Below the pieces are notes generated by a model. That model worked only from the letters and a program-made list of their open reading frames with translations, searched no databases and had not been told where the DNA came from. From Acanthaster planci (taxonomy: Eukaryota), in the NCBI RefSeq assembly GCF_001949145.1, contig NW_019091361.1, positions 2,114,919 to 2,178,918 on the forward strand: a stretch of 64,000 bases of DNA, written 5' to 3'. Each line of letters starts with the position of its first letter. Within the stretch, counting starts at the first letter, position 1. The position numbers and the translations under genes were made by a program. Positions 47,301 through 62,390 of this stretch are shown in pieces.

Positions 47301-50300
47301 CTAATGCGCTGACAGAGTCTAGATCTTTCATCTTTCACCGATCAATGTACAGGACTTTTTTTCTTCACCAACCTGTAGGATTACTTTACAATGTTTTATA
47401 ATGTTCACCTTTTGAATATGTAATTTCATAAATCCAATCTGAGACTGCAAGGGGCACTTACTCTAGTGCCCCATGCATAAACATGTGGATTTACAAATAT
47501 TGCTTTAAGTTATCATATGTATTTACAATGTTCTGACAGTTTTTATATGTAGATGTATGCATGCTTTTAGTTTCTAGTATCATAATTCCAATATTCTTGA
47601 ACTCTAAATGCCTTGGGTATGGAAACAACATGATCCAATTAAAGTTTCAATTAAGCAACCTTCTGCATTTCCATAACTTATCAGAGAACGCCGGTGTCTT
47701 TCCACGTTTTCTTCATGTAGGAATAGTAACTTTCCCTGGCGTCATTTGCCTTCCCTATTTTAGGATCCTTAAACCTGATAGAGTAACGAAGTGCGAGACG
47801 GTGAACCAGAAAGTGCAGTGCAAATGAATGGAGTACACGTGTGTGTTTCTTTACATGCTGGTTCTCTTGCTAATGCCTTGTACACACATAAGCGTGCGTG
47901 TGACATATTCATTTGGGTACCCTACTGCAAGCAAGCCATTTTCCCAGAAATGACAGAAAGATGTCTTCAGATTTTCAAGATGACACAGAAAAATGGCTTT
48001 AAGAAACAAGGCCATATTTGAATCTAGAAAGTATACCATCATTGTGAACTCAGAAACATAGATGGTCACACTAACACTCTATTCAATCCTTGTTTTTCAC
48101 CACCAATAACTTTTATCCAGATGCCAAACTGACTGATATATCAAAACTGATGAGCCCAGTTTGTTTTGTTTTATCAAGCTTTACAAGACTCACTTTGTAG
48201 GATCAGATCACCACCCCAGGTTCTGAAGTTCCAGCTCTGCCAGTGCTAAACAACTGATACAATCTATTCTACTATACCCATTGTGTATTGCAGCTCTCCA
48301 TGACTTGCTAGTCCTGATACCAACAGTTATGCCGAGCATCGCAAAGAAGAATACCGCCATGGAGAAGCATACTCTGTACACAGAGGCATAACCGGTGAGC
48401 CTCATGCAACCTTCGCCAGCCCCGATGGTGCGACAAAATTCGATCAACTTGGGGTACTGGTGGTGGAAAGAACAGAACAAAGTATGGTGGCAAAGTGATG
48501 TGAATGCTGGGTAAATTTACTAACACTGAGATTGGGCACAGATTTTAGCATGAATCACCGTCCTGAAATCCTAACAACTACATTTAAATCTTGTTACCTT
48601 GAAGATTTCCACACCCGTGTGGTGTTTAGAGGTGTACATGCACATCTACAATCAGCCACTGGAATCATCATCAATTTACACGGTTCAATTTTGACACTGA
48701 TTTCTTTTTTAAGAATTAATTACACGTACACACTCATACAATGTACACAGTGCAATGGCAAAATTGAAAGTGAGTGCAAATGAACTTGTGGTTTTTAAAA
48801 GTTTGAACATTTTCCAATTTGCAAAGCGATGGCCTTGTACTTTAGTACATATAGACTAATCCGATTAGACGCCATATTCTTCAGCTTGACGCTTGCGTGC
48901 ATTTGGCAAATTACGACACCTTGTTGGTCGAAGAGGCCTGTAACGCGCACGTACCACCTGTTCATGAGCGTTGTGCCGCCGCAGTAATGGCTTCTAATTC
49001 TGGTAGTCAAATTACACTATACATGTATGTCACAACCACACATGTACATGTGGGTCTCACCAAGTGCACACTTCAATGAAGTATTGAACTATTTGCAACA
49101 TCTGACTGATTTCACCACCACAAGTTTACGAAATCCTTTGATGACTTTATTCTGGGTACAAAAAATCTGACTTCATTTTACATTCTATGGACATGAGTCA
49201 TCAATGAGTCAACAGAACACTGTTGTTCACATTTTTCCCTCCATTTTTGCAAAATAAATATTTACAATTTTATTCAATTTTTTTTTTACTTACTTTAGGA
49301 AGTTCCTGAGCCACAGTCTCTGACACAAATGCGCATGACAGCACAAAGCCGATGACAAAGAACACTGCATACAGAATTCTGGTGCTTGTGGATTCTCGGA
49401 CAGGAGCACAAACACATGCACAAGATGAACCTTTAAAGCAGCAATTTATCTGTCAAAACGAGTCAGGAATAGATTGTCAACTTTCAATGCTGATTGTTTT
49501 CAACAATATTAATGATGCATGTTTGGAACAATCGTGATTCAATTTTTTCTGTGCGCGGGTATTCCATACCGGCAACAAGTACATGTGTACCTCATGTAGG
49601 GAAATCAGATTACCCAGTGCAGTTGGAAATAATCAAGACGCAGCGTATCACTGTTAACTTAAGGGGCCTGTTGCTTTTGTTATGCATCAATTATACTATT
49701 AGTCATACAATTACTGTATGTTGATCTCAACAATACGGTCACAAATGAACAAACTGAGCATCAATAAACGACAACCACACCTAAGTTGCTAACGTAGCTC
49801 GTTACTGTTTGGTCGAAGGAATGTCCTCAAAACACATTTTTCCTCAAATACTTTTCAAAAATTCAAGTAACACATGGTCAGTATAATTTGAATTCAGGTC
49901 AGAACAATCGCATTCGAGTTGGTTAATGTGATGTGACCTGCGAAAGCTTTGTCATTTTGGTGCATATCAACTTCACATTGATCTGGACACTCTCCCGTTT
50001 TCAAAACCATGAAAACTGTTTAATTTGTGATTCTAGACAACCTAGTTTGATGTTGTAGACAACCAAGAGTCATCAATGTAATATATCTGAAAATGAAAGT
50101 CTGTCCATATTAATTTGAAAAATGCATCCAAATGACAAAGCACACCATGTGAAGGGTTTTCACATATCACATCACAAGTATCATTTTTAAATCCTATTGT
50201 AAGTGGGACCACTCAACAGTAACGTGCATTGTCAAAATACATGTATTGGCTGAAATTTTTCTATGGAAATTTATGTAGGAAGTTGACAATGCACTCAGGA

Positions 50301-50689
50301 TTGTGGATACAATGCTACGTACTAACGACGAGTTAACTGCAAATGGCAAGACTTATTATATCTATTCCACCATGCATGGCCAAAGTGACAGTTTACACAC
50401 ATTTAAAAAAAAAATTGTCACATGGTTACCCTGTTTAACTTTTACCCGTTTACTCCACATCCTCATGATGCATGACATCTAGAAATTTGAAAATTCCTAT
50501 GTCATTCAATAACACTAACAGCCAGGAATGAGAACTATGTTATTGGTTACAATGATGGTAATTTTGATGATTAATGTGCATCTTCACAACTGAAGACATA
50601 TATGTAGGCCTAAACAGGTTCTCGTGAATTTCAGTCTGAAGTCCAATTAGGCCTACCATGATTACCTGGGCGTCACAGCAGTCAGCCAT
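35330..50689 (-). CDS. SERINC5: Serine incorporator (SERINC/TDE family) membrane protein, SERINC5-like (whole spliced gene)
   Basis: Exons 5' to 3': 50689-50666, 49449-49294, 48456-48278, 47214-47038, 45168-45125, 44360-44187, 43743-43648, 43058-42887, 42338-42284, 40165-40105, 39989-39940, 39161-39089, 38729-38588, 38269-38060, 35357-35330. Phases join into one frame. Motifs: Cys-rich N-terminus, RAAIHNGxWFYK, [22 protein letters not shown]...[22 protein letters not shown]. Family call is firm; SERINC5 subtype is inferred from the MADCCDAQ first exon and a Cys cluster in the large loop. Confidence 0.85.
35415..36427. repeat. About 65-72 bp minisatellite with an inverted block, spanning an assembly gap
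   Basis: Unit gaagtggctgcggctaca...ctctaaagctttt on both sides of the N run; units at about 36226-36338 are reverse-complemented. Confidence 0.8.
35445..36064. other. Assembly gap (N run)
   Basis: Run of n. Confidence 1.
36584..37194. mobile_element. MITE with about 90 bp degenerate TIRs, interrupted by a retroposon 3' fragment
   Basis: Left gccaaatt...ctgcttaag...ggttaccagc mirrors right gttggtaacc...cttaagcag...aaattggcc; internal aagcgcct...(att)n tail near 37030-37095. Confidence 0.6.
37874..38020. mobile_element. MITE, about 147 bp, PIF/Harbinger-like
   Basis: TIRs ggggcctgtttgtttcaca and tgtgagaaacaaacaggccc, flanked by TTA and TGA. Confidence 0.7.
38060..38269 (-). CDS. SERINC5: SERINC exon with last TM ([15 protein letters not shown]) and cytoplasmic tail
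   Basis: WVKxxSSW motif; ends at CA followed by gtaagt (in-frame TAA at 38056-38058 if unspliced). Confidence 0.9.
38588..38729 (-). CDS. SERINC5: SERINC exon ([14 protein letters not shown]...[14 protein letters not shown])
   Basis: Most conserved SERINC motif. Confidence 0.95.
39089..39161 (-). CDS. SERINC5: SERINC loop exon ([24 protein letters not shown])
   Basis: CWCC cluster; TTTTCAG acceptor and GTAAGT donor. Confidence 0.8.
39940..39989 (-). CDS. SERINC5: Putative SERINC loop exon B ([17 protein letters not shown])
   Basis: CTGCAG acceptor, GTGAGT donor, phase 1 to 0, complements exon A. Confidence 0.55.
40105..40165 (-). CDS. SERINC5: Putative SERINC loop exon A ([20 protein letters not shown])
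   Basis: Strong pyrimidine acceptor, GTAAAC donor, phase 0 to 1. Confidence 0.55.
40802..41012. mobile_element. MITE, about 211 bp, about 40 bp imperfect TIRs
   Basis: aatagaccgtatt...aatttcagtcatattcc versus ggaatacgactgaaatt...aatacggtctatt. Confidence 0.75.
42284..42338 (-). CDS. SERINC5: SERINC exon ([18 protein letters not shown])
   Basis: T-rich acceptor, GTAAGA donor, phase 2 to 0. Confidence 0.75.
42616..42678. repeat. 63-nt near-perfect hairpin with telomere-type hexamers at its base
   Basis: 29-bp arms with 27 Watson-Crick pairs and a 5-nt loop; (TAACCC)2 and (GGGTTA)2. Confidence 0.85.
42887..43058 (-). CDS. SERINC5: SERINC exon, extracellular loop with N-glycan sequons plus TM helix
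   Basis: Contains NGT and NTT sequons and ends ...MVLYA; GTGAGC donor. Confidence 0.85.
43648..43743 (-). CDS. SERINC5: SERINC exon ([24 protein letters not shown])
   Basis: GLLQ...YxxYLTWSA motif. Confidence 0.93.
44187..44360 (-). CDS. SERINC5: SERINC exon, two TM helices ([10 protein letters not shown]...CVRNILF...IMPCLPK)
   Basis: Hydrophobic helices with CxxN motif; GTGGGT donor needed for phase 1. Confidence 0.88.
45125..45168 (-). CDS. SERINC5: SERINC small exon ([14 protein letters not shown])
   Basis: Supplies the conserved WY, bridges phase 2 to 1, GTGAGT donor. Confidence 0.82.
47038..47214 (-). CDS. SERINC5: SERINC exon (CWFYK...[16 protein letters not shown])
   Basis: Conserved family motifs; phase 2-2. 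Confidence 0.93.
48278..48456 (-). CDS. SERINC5: SERINC exon ([10 protein letters not shown]...RAAIHNG)
   Basis: Conserved family motifs. Confidence 0.93.
49294..49449 (-). CDS. SERINC5: SERINC exon ([14 protein letters not shown]...[13 protein letters not shown])
   Basis: STSTRxxY motif plus first TM helix; GTAAGT donor. Confidence 0.9.
50666..50689 (-). CDS. SERINC5: SERINC first coding exon (MADCCDAQ)
   Basis: ATG...CAG followed by gtaatc, phase 0; resembles the short Cys-containing first exon of SERINCs. Confidence 0.75.
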
Positions 50690-51523
50690 CGCTGGATACC
50701 TAATTCATCACACCAGTAACGTCACACTCTTGATATTTTCTATGATATTGGCCATAATTGACAGTACAGTTACTGTACACGCGGTATCACAACACGTCAA
50801 CACGGGCCTTAATTTCTAAAACCAACACAAAGGCCTGGTCCAGCAGTCAGCGACAGCCTGGCCAACACTTTCTCAGTATCTGTCCAACATCAGTCTTGGC
50901 AAAACTGATTCAAAACGGAGGCTTTGTCCTGTTTCATACGATTTTTAAAAATAGATCTGAGTAAAAGGTGCAGACAAGAGTTATGTTTGGATCAATGACA
51001 AACAACATTGTAACCAAACTTGTCTGCACGCGATCGACGTCACTGCCTAGTTCTGTCACAGCACACAACGTCAGGCGCACGAATTCCACCTGATAAATGT
51101 TTTGATAATGAATTGCACAATCTAGCCGCACTAGACTGTCGACTGTGCAAGTATATAGACTGGTTCCCAATCCCTCAATTATCCCTCAGAAGGTAGACGT
51201 TACATTCAGTAGGCCTAACTCCTAATGCAGTGCAAGCACTAAGTCATTGTTAATCGAACTGTACAAATTACAAATTGCATTTTCCTTTTCAAAACGGTAT
51301 AGCGAGTAAATTTATTATTCATTCCCAAAGTAATATCTTATTTCCCTCAGACTGTAGGCTCTGTGCCGAGTTGAATCGCTAAATAAGAAGATACATATAT
51401 AATGCAAGTGTTTCAATAGATTTCTGATAAATATATAATCATGGATGAAGCATGTACATGTGCATGTAGTGATTAATGTAGAAATCACAGTCCATAAAAA
51501 AGCTGCACACGAGACGAGTGTGT

Positions 51524-51970
51524 GGAGTGCCGTGGCCTCGCGGTTAAGAGCATTACGGTTGTCAGTGGTTAGCAGATAGAGTCGGACACGGAGTCTGCAG
51601 CGGGTTGCAGCCGGAATCCATGAGCCTGGGGTGTACCCTGGGGTTACTTTTTGCTTGGCACTTGAATGGCTCCCCAGGGAGCTGAGCCGAGATATGGGTA
51701 CATGTGTTTGGAATGTAGATCTTAGTTAATTAAAACATATGATGCAAGATATCGGGCGAAGAGCCCGCCTTTGTGTCGGTAATTGTTTGATCTGAATCTC
51801 AGGAATTCTTTACAGACTTCTACGGGGATGTGTTAGGTAACAATAGTCTAGAGTGTGTATAGGGATTGGACATGTGTGTGTGTGGGGGGGTATCCATCGG
51901 CCCCATATCGTGCATAGTATCGGTTAAAAGCGCTGTAAAAAAACCTATTATATTATTAATATTATTATTA
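51524..51970 (+). mobile_element. Diverged tRNA-derived SINE
   Basis: A-box-like head (gccgtggcctcgcggttaagagc) and a 3' end aagcgctgtaaaa...(att)n typical of L2/CR1-mobilised SINEs. Confidence 0.65.
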
Positions 51971-52891
51971 AACACTAAATTAACCCAACCTTGGAGGACG
52001 ACCCGCAGTATGCAAATATCACTTGAAGTGACAAAAATAATGGCACTGTTAATTTCTTTGATGAATTTTCGTGCTGATTTTTCTGTTTTTCTACTTCCAT
52101 AAGTAGAATTGAAAACGTTTCAACGGAGAAAACATAAACAAAGTCGGTCCTAATTAAAAACTGACGGCTGATGTTTACCGCGACGCGGTCCAGACCCAGG
52201 CCCCATAGCCATGGAAGTGGGAACCAGTCTACGAGTTTTGGTGTTTAACGTATTTCCAGCCTAAATGGAAATCTCTTGGTAACAAAAAAGGTTTTTAAAC
52301 TCAAGTTCCTGTGTTAAATCATCATACTCACTAATGCCTTTGCCGAAAAGTTGAAATATGTACCCTTGATAGCAAACAATTTTAAGTAAATGTCCCTACT
52401 AAAATCGGCGTGCGACCAATGAATGGATTGAAGAAAGGCTTGGCTGAATCAACCAAACACGTGGGGGCGCTATATTACAAACGTACTGCGGAAAAGAGTG
52501 CGAATGTATTATGTACATGTACATGTGAACGTCCTTACGTACGTATACGTGTACGGTGTGTACAGTTGGTAAGGCCGTTGCTAGCCCCAGTTTCCGGCAT
52601 GATAATGAATGCGAAAGCGTTTTCTTACTTTTCCACGCGGACTCGTTTTTCCAAGAACTTTTCTTTTATCAAATAGCAACAAACTACTAGCATCAGGTAG
52701 GTTTTAGCGTATTTTGGGAACAGATGGCATTGTTTTACGTATGGCCGGCTGTTCACGTTCGATCGACATGATCGAGTTCAGGTTTCACTAGCAGGCAGTG
52801 GACGTGGGCTGTAGTACACATACATATACACTATGTTCTATCTACACGTTACACTTACACAGTTAGGCCTACCCAGTTCGTGTCGTCTAAT

Positions 52892-53235
52892 ACGTTTGCT
52901 AATTTTCAAGATGTATTTTTGCATTGGGGAAATGTTAATTTATATAACAGGTTTTGCCCTTACCCACCGTATATATTATTATTAATAAACACTGTATGCT
53001 CGGTGCTTGTCCGAAAGCTTGCGAAAAAAGTCACGAGATTACTTGGGTAGGACTCGAACCCACGACCTCCTGCTTACCAGTGCAGACGTGTTAAGCAGGA
53101 GGTCGTGGGTTCGAGTCCCACCCCAATAATCTCGTGACTTTTTTCGCAAGCTTTCGGACAAGCACCGAGCATACAGTGTTTAATATGTACATTGGGTAAG
53201 GGCAAAACCTGTTATATAAATTAACGTTTGCTAAT
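52892..53235. mobile_element. tRNA-containing inverted-repeat element with target-site duplication (Penelope-like architecture)
   Basis: Near-perfect arms 52934-53076 and 53092-53225, B-box-like GGTTCGAGTCCC, about 30 nt unpaired extension on the left, direct repeat acgtttgctaat at 52892 and 53224. Confidence 0.8.
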
Positions 53236-56200
53236 ACTGCGGCTGGAAGAGAATTTATTAGGTCACTTTACTGTCTGTCCCCATAGCTAGCAAATTGGTC
53301 CATACTTTTCATGAGGTGAAGACGAAGGCTCTTGATATGTATAGGCCTAATACTAGTTCCGAGGTTCTAATTCAAAATGTTCAATTTTGCACCAGTCACA
53401 AATGCCTGCATTTTGAAAAAGCGAAATCAAAACTTCAACAAGACTTATGTAACATTGAACATGGAAAAAGGTTGACCTGTTGAAGTTGATGACATAATTT
53501 TCCTCAAGATAAAGATAACGTACCATTGGTATCATGGGGCTTTCATATGGAGTATTTGTAGTTGAAGGTCCCACATTGTTGACTACCACTAGCCTAACAT
53601 GAACATCTGGCGTTGCTTTTGACTGCACCTGTTTTTGGAGAGTGTACATAGCCTAACTGACAAACGGGCTGGGTGGCGGCATCAGACATCCGCAATGAAG
53701 ATTTCAATTTGAGATTTTAGTTTACACACTTGCTCCCTGTAGTGATGTTACAAGGTCATTAAGATGGGGCAGATCTAACACCAGAAGAGAAAAAAAATGG
53801 TGCTTTGGGGTCACATACAAGAAGAGAAAAAGGACGCTCAGCTCAGCCATTGGACCAACCAACATGAAATCAAAATGTTAGGGGAATAGGGGCTTGACGT
53901 CAACTTCCTATAGGAGCGTTGTTCAAAGCAGAGGGTGTAGCCTAGGAGAAAGGTTGCAGTCTTCATGGTGACAGTCCAGCAAAGTTGCCCTGCATGACCT
54001 ATGTACATGTAGCTTCCACACCTCCATGGAGGCCTGGTCAGACCATGGAGGAGTTCCTTCCTCCATGATCAGACCTTGAGTGACCCCACAGGCAGCTTAC
54101 CAGCCCCTCCCACCTTTGAATTCGATGTGCACCATGTGGGATTATATAAAAGTAATAAGTACAGGTTGGCGTGGTGTGTCTCGGATGGGCATTCTCTGTC
54201 AGCTCATGGGTGTAGTGGAAGAACAGGAAAGGGCACTGTCCTAGCAATAGGCTGATCCAAGGGGCCCCATCCAGGACAGCTTTTGTTGATTGTAAATATA
54301 CACATGTAATGAGAAATTCGGGGGGGGGACTTTTTCATTTCTGTTCTTTCCCAAAGTGTGAAAAGAAACACCAAATTTAGCCTCTCCCCAAAAGGCCATA
54401 AAAGGTTCCATGTACAATATTTGTGATATAACCCCCCTCCCCAGAAAAACTGTGGCCCCTCCAACCAAAAAATTGAAACATGAAATGGCATTGCAGAATG
54501 CAGATATTTTTACACATTAATCCCACAAGTTTTTAGTTGGAGCTTTTTGAAGTCCACCAGTTAGAGGAGGAACCTTATCATAATTCAAAGCTGCTGATGT
54601 TTAGGGTGACTGTATACAGTATACAACTCTACCACGGGCAAACGTTTCCATGGATATTCAGATTGGAGCCCTTTATGTTCTGTTGAGGGGGTTTTGTGGC
54701 AGTTTTACTGGAAATCAAATTCCAAAGATAAATTATGGGAGCGAGGATGACCTGCTTATTCATGTATTCGGTTAACGGTTGGCTTTCAAACGTGGGCGTC
54801 AAGGGGTGAGTTATAAGGGTGTGCTTGCCCCCCACAAGAAATTTTTAGAAATAATAAAACAGGGAAGGAAAAAGCGGGGAGGCGGAGGAAACAGGGGGAC
54901 CCTGTTTTAAAAAAACTCTTTCCTCATATTGTTCTGTTTTCATGTCTGCTCTTGTTTGGAGGAAAAAACAGCCAACAATACGTCACCAGCAAAGGCGTGG
55001 TTGCGTTGGTATCACTGTCATTTCGTTTATAAGATACATTTTTTCCAGACATTGTCTTCCTGAAGTGCAGGTTATTCCTTCTGTCGAATGGAAATGGTGC
55101 TGTTAAGCCATGAGCGTGATGTAATTGCATGTATCCACTGATGCCTTGCCGTGCTAACGGCTTGAGAGCAAAATAGGAAACACTTGTATCATCTCATTTC
55201 GGAGTGCGTTAAAAGCTTTTTACCTTTGGTCGTTTTCTAACTGGTCAAGGTCATTTCTGATAAAGAGACACCGATGATGATATACTGGAGACCACAACAA
55301 ATATAAATCCTTGAGGCTTTATCCTGAGAAATAATGTATTTCGGAAACAAATCTTTTCCAAATAATTTCCCTTGAAGAAATTAGCTGGACAGTGGATTAA
55401 TTCAAATAATCTTAAATCTGCGTTATTGTTTGTTTGTCAGTTAATCTGTTGGCTGGTTTGGTTTTGTCCGAATGAGTTGGCTCCAATTTGAAATTGCACC
55501 TGAGTCTATATAGCTGTGACTGCACTTCCCATAGTAGTGTCCCAGCCAAGATAATGGAACACGGCTCAATGTCATTCCTGTGCACGCGCATAGTGCGTAT
55601 TAATGTTGTCGGCTCGTGCGCAGAGGTGGCTGCACGACTTCGGTCCATTAATTATACACGCATCCGGTTTGGTTAGAGAGGACTGTATAACAAGATAATG
55701 CCGTGGCGCACAAAACGGTAATTGAATTGCCAAATGTTTGTAATGAATTTGCTGAATAAACTAAATATATGTGCGAGAAAAGTCCTCTTGAAATGTTTCG
55801 TTGGTTTCTGACAGAGATATGCACATACATATGCGTTGCACATACACACTACAGCTGACGTGAATATTAATGATGTTGCACGTTTTCCTTGGGACGAATA
55901 AATTGATTAATCACAGAAATTTGCAATGGGGAATGCCAAATCGTATAAACTAGACCTTAAATACAGGAAATAAGCGAGAGAGTTTTAACCCTGGTTAAGC
56001 TACTTGCATGCGACCAGTGACCCATGGAGTTAGATATGTATGTTCGTGCGTTTCCAGTTTGTCTCATTAATTTCACTGGCAGAATTCTTTGTTTCCTACT
56101 TTGTTAGTGTCGATCATTTTCAACAATACTTGCCGACTTGTTTCGCTACCGACTTTTGTCATGCACCACTGTGGCTGCATTGCTGTATAGAATGGTTCCC

Positions 56201-57417
56201 GGCGTATGTCTTGTAGTTACATTTTAGCAGATGGAGCCAGTGTAACGATACTTTACAACATGCAATTTTTAAGCGATGACTCAAGGAAAAAGTCATGGCA
56301 AACTATTTTTCATTTCGCGATTCGACTACATTGAGAACCGACCGAAAGGTGAAATATGGAGGCATACATTTGAAGAAAATGCACGAGTTTGGGTGTTATT
56401 TTTTTAACTTGATTTTTTTTTTTTTGGCGTTGGAATTAAGTGTTGTCCCAAAATCTTCATGTAAAAACATTGCAGGCCGCCACATGTTTTAATGGACCAG
56501 AGCTGGAGATGGGTGTATTGGTGACTGAAAGTCGCTGCACCGAACGAACGATACCGAAAATTTTGTATGGACTAAATTTTGCATAGAATATAGAGAAGTT
56601 GTGCTGTAATAATGAATCCACGGAAATATTTATTTCTCTAAATTTGAGGGCATTCCTTCAAATGAGTATTCATTTCGTTTGCATGTTTATTAACTTGAAG
56701 ATCGCCATGTATGCTACGTCGAGGCATGGTGATATGTTCTGGTTTGTGTATACATGCCTCCGTGGCAACAGACACAAAGCGCCATTTCCCTGCCTGTCCA
56801 TCACACTTGAGTCGTTCTCCATTTAATAATTAGCACACATTGATTCCTATAGGTTCGCTCACGATCTTACTGTTCAACCAGGCAGTCTTTGCTGATTATA
56901 TTGCGGGCAGAGAAAAATGCCAGGCTGGTGTGTATGTGCTGAAAAAATATTCCCAAGCGGTACATTCTATCTGGTGCTCGCTCCGATGTAGAAGGACTGA
57001 TCGATACTCAGCCGCAGTTACGGCGGGAAGAAGTGGCGTGTAATGATAATGAAAGAGCATTTTTCTAGCGCTCTCTATTGTACTATACAGGTGACCTTGC
57101 TGCATGGTAAATTTTTCCCCAATTTTAATCGTACTGTGCAGGGTAAATGAAGCATTTTCTGATTAACTTCATTCAGAATTTGATCTAGATTACTAATATG
57201 TTTTGATATTTTCAGGCAGGATCTGATGGTTTCGGTTTGGATCAGAACGGCGACTCCGATAAACGTTACCATCAAGCTGTTGCGTTTTAAATTCTAAAAA
57301 AACTTATTTTCTTGTGGAATATGTTGTGATGTGCGGACTTCAGCGGAAGCATGGCTGCCTTTTTGATGATGTGGATGTTAACTTCACAGAACGCTAAAAG
57401 GATACGCTAACTTCGCA

Positions 57418-60436
<3,019 letters not shown>

Positions 60437-62199
60437 CCATGAAGAGTGTCAGGAGTCCGTGGAAAGCAACTCTTGGATGTCGCGATTAAGTCAGTCCATG
60501 CATGCTAGGCCGTACCTGAAAACACGCCTCCTCGCACTGGCATCTTGGGAGTTCCAGCATAGCCTTTGACTGTGGGGAGCCGTGGACAATGACTTTTGGC
60601 TTGTAGCCTGTACATTTGTCTCACCAGTCTTTGATTAGATGAAATTTTATATACAGTGCCATGCTATGTATTTAAGCAAACTGAAATATGTGTATATATC
60701 AGCCATAGTTTCTAGAGAGATCTATTTTAGATGACGTTCTACTGATGTGTTCACGAAATTCAGGCTTTACCGTGATTAGTAAACATAAAAGCGGTTCAGT
60801 GTTGAATTCTGCTTTTTGAAGTGTTATTTCTAAATGGGAAATGTATTCTTTTACTTTCTTTATGAATTTTTCCGCTGTCAGTGGGGTTTCGGAATTTTTG
60901 GACCATGCTATCATCATCCTGGCTACCTGCAGACACAAATCCAAGCTTTTGTTGCCGACACTCGATATCGTCACTAGGAACGGGATGCTGGTTAGCGAAA
61001 AGGAAGAGTTTGGGAGGGATGTTTATGGGCAAAATGTACCCCGCGATGAATCGTGGTGCTGTCTCCATACACGCACCAGGAGGATTCATTCTCAGAACAA
61101 CCATTAAGCCATCAACGACACAATGTTTCAGAGTATACAGCGACTGGGAAATGATGGATGGCGCCAGGCACGGGACTTGCCAGGAGCACCCGCGGGGCCT
61201 CTAAAGGCAAGTTCGAGCGAAGACCATTTTGTCAACCGCTGGTCCGTTTTGCTTGGTACTGGGGATTTATTTTATGCACGGGTTGTCTGGGGAAATCGAC
61301 CACGAATGGAGTAATGCGATCGAAATTGCCGCAAGTTGTAGGCTTTGCCCGAATTTAACTTGGCTACAGCTGATAATACACATCAACAAACAGGAAATAG
61401 CTCCAGTCGCTAGCCACTGAATATCTTCCATGCAGACCCATCATGCTACGTACACTTTTCAGGCGCAATGGTGCCAGTATATGGGAGTGTCATTTACTCG
61501 GCTTGTTGATGCTCCACGACCTACTAATCCAAATTGATCAAGCACTGCATTAATCGTTGCCCACATGACGCCGTAGCTCTGGTGCTTGGATGTTTGAAAT
61601 CTATCTCATAACTGATACGCTTTTGTTCGTTAGAAACTACAGATGGGTGTCAATCACTGTTTGGATTTGTGCTAATAAAAAGGGGTCAGGACATGCAACT
61701 TTGACACCTTTATAACAGATTTTGAAAACTGCCTCACTGATTACCGAACTGGAGTTGAACAGCTCTTCGAAATTCCAGCTAATTTCATGAATTATAATCA
61801 GTTATGACAAAAGGTGGTAAGTTTACCGCGTTGCGTCCAGAGGTCATTGGTCAGTGCCAAATAACTCCCGTTTTCACTGGTAAAGTCATCCGTAAATTCC
61901 TACTGTCGCGATCAGTGGCTCCACAAGGAACGCAGGCACGTTGATCCGAGTCCTGCTCAGGTACAGTTTGCTTGTTACCCAAGGACAAAGACATTATACT
62001 CCTAGGTCTGGTAGCTGGTTTGCCCGTTGTATGCCTTGTATATGATAAGATCTGGCTCAAGGACACAAACATAAACTCTGAGACCAAGACCCTAGATAAT
62101 AAGGAACCCCGCAGGCCAGAAGCCTGTCATTTTTACCTGGGGAAAAAGAGATAGTCTTGAATCCAATGGTTGGAGTCAACCCCATATGGGCCTAAGGTC

Positions 62200-62390
62200 A
62201 GAATGTGGCCTTGCAAAAGGGTTGATTCAAGAAAGTGACTTGATTGGAACCCATAAAATAGGATGCTGCTTAAGGACACATACTCCTAGTCCTGACGACT
62301 GGATTCGAACCCTCACACAATGTACTGCTTAGCGTGGTGCCTAGATTGGAACCCACACGCAGACCTATAGGACTGAGTGTGATGTCTTTA
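62200..62390 (-). mobile_element. Old SINE fragment
   Basis: Minus strand gggttcgaatcc B box followed by gtgtccttaa; boundaries approximate. Confidence 0.4.

Noticed and set aside
48147..48175. CTGATGAG as a hammerhead ribozyme core
   Set aside because: No stem II followed by GAAA.
53092..53130. Possible tRNA gene
   Set aside because: Only the variable loop and T-arm are present, with no D-arm or acceptor stem; it is part of a repeated element.
56756..56769. RFX X-box upstream of the ZNF474-like gene (gcctccgtggcaac)
   Set aside because: Only one good half-site; expected by chance at this window size.
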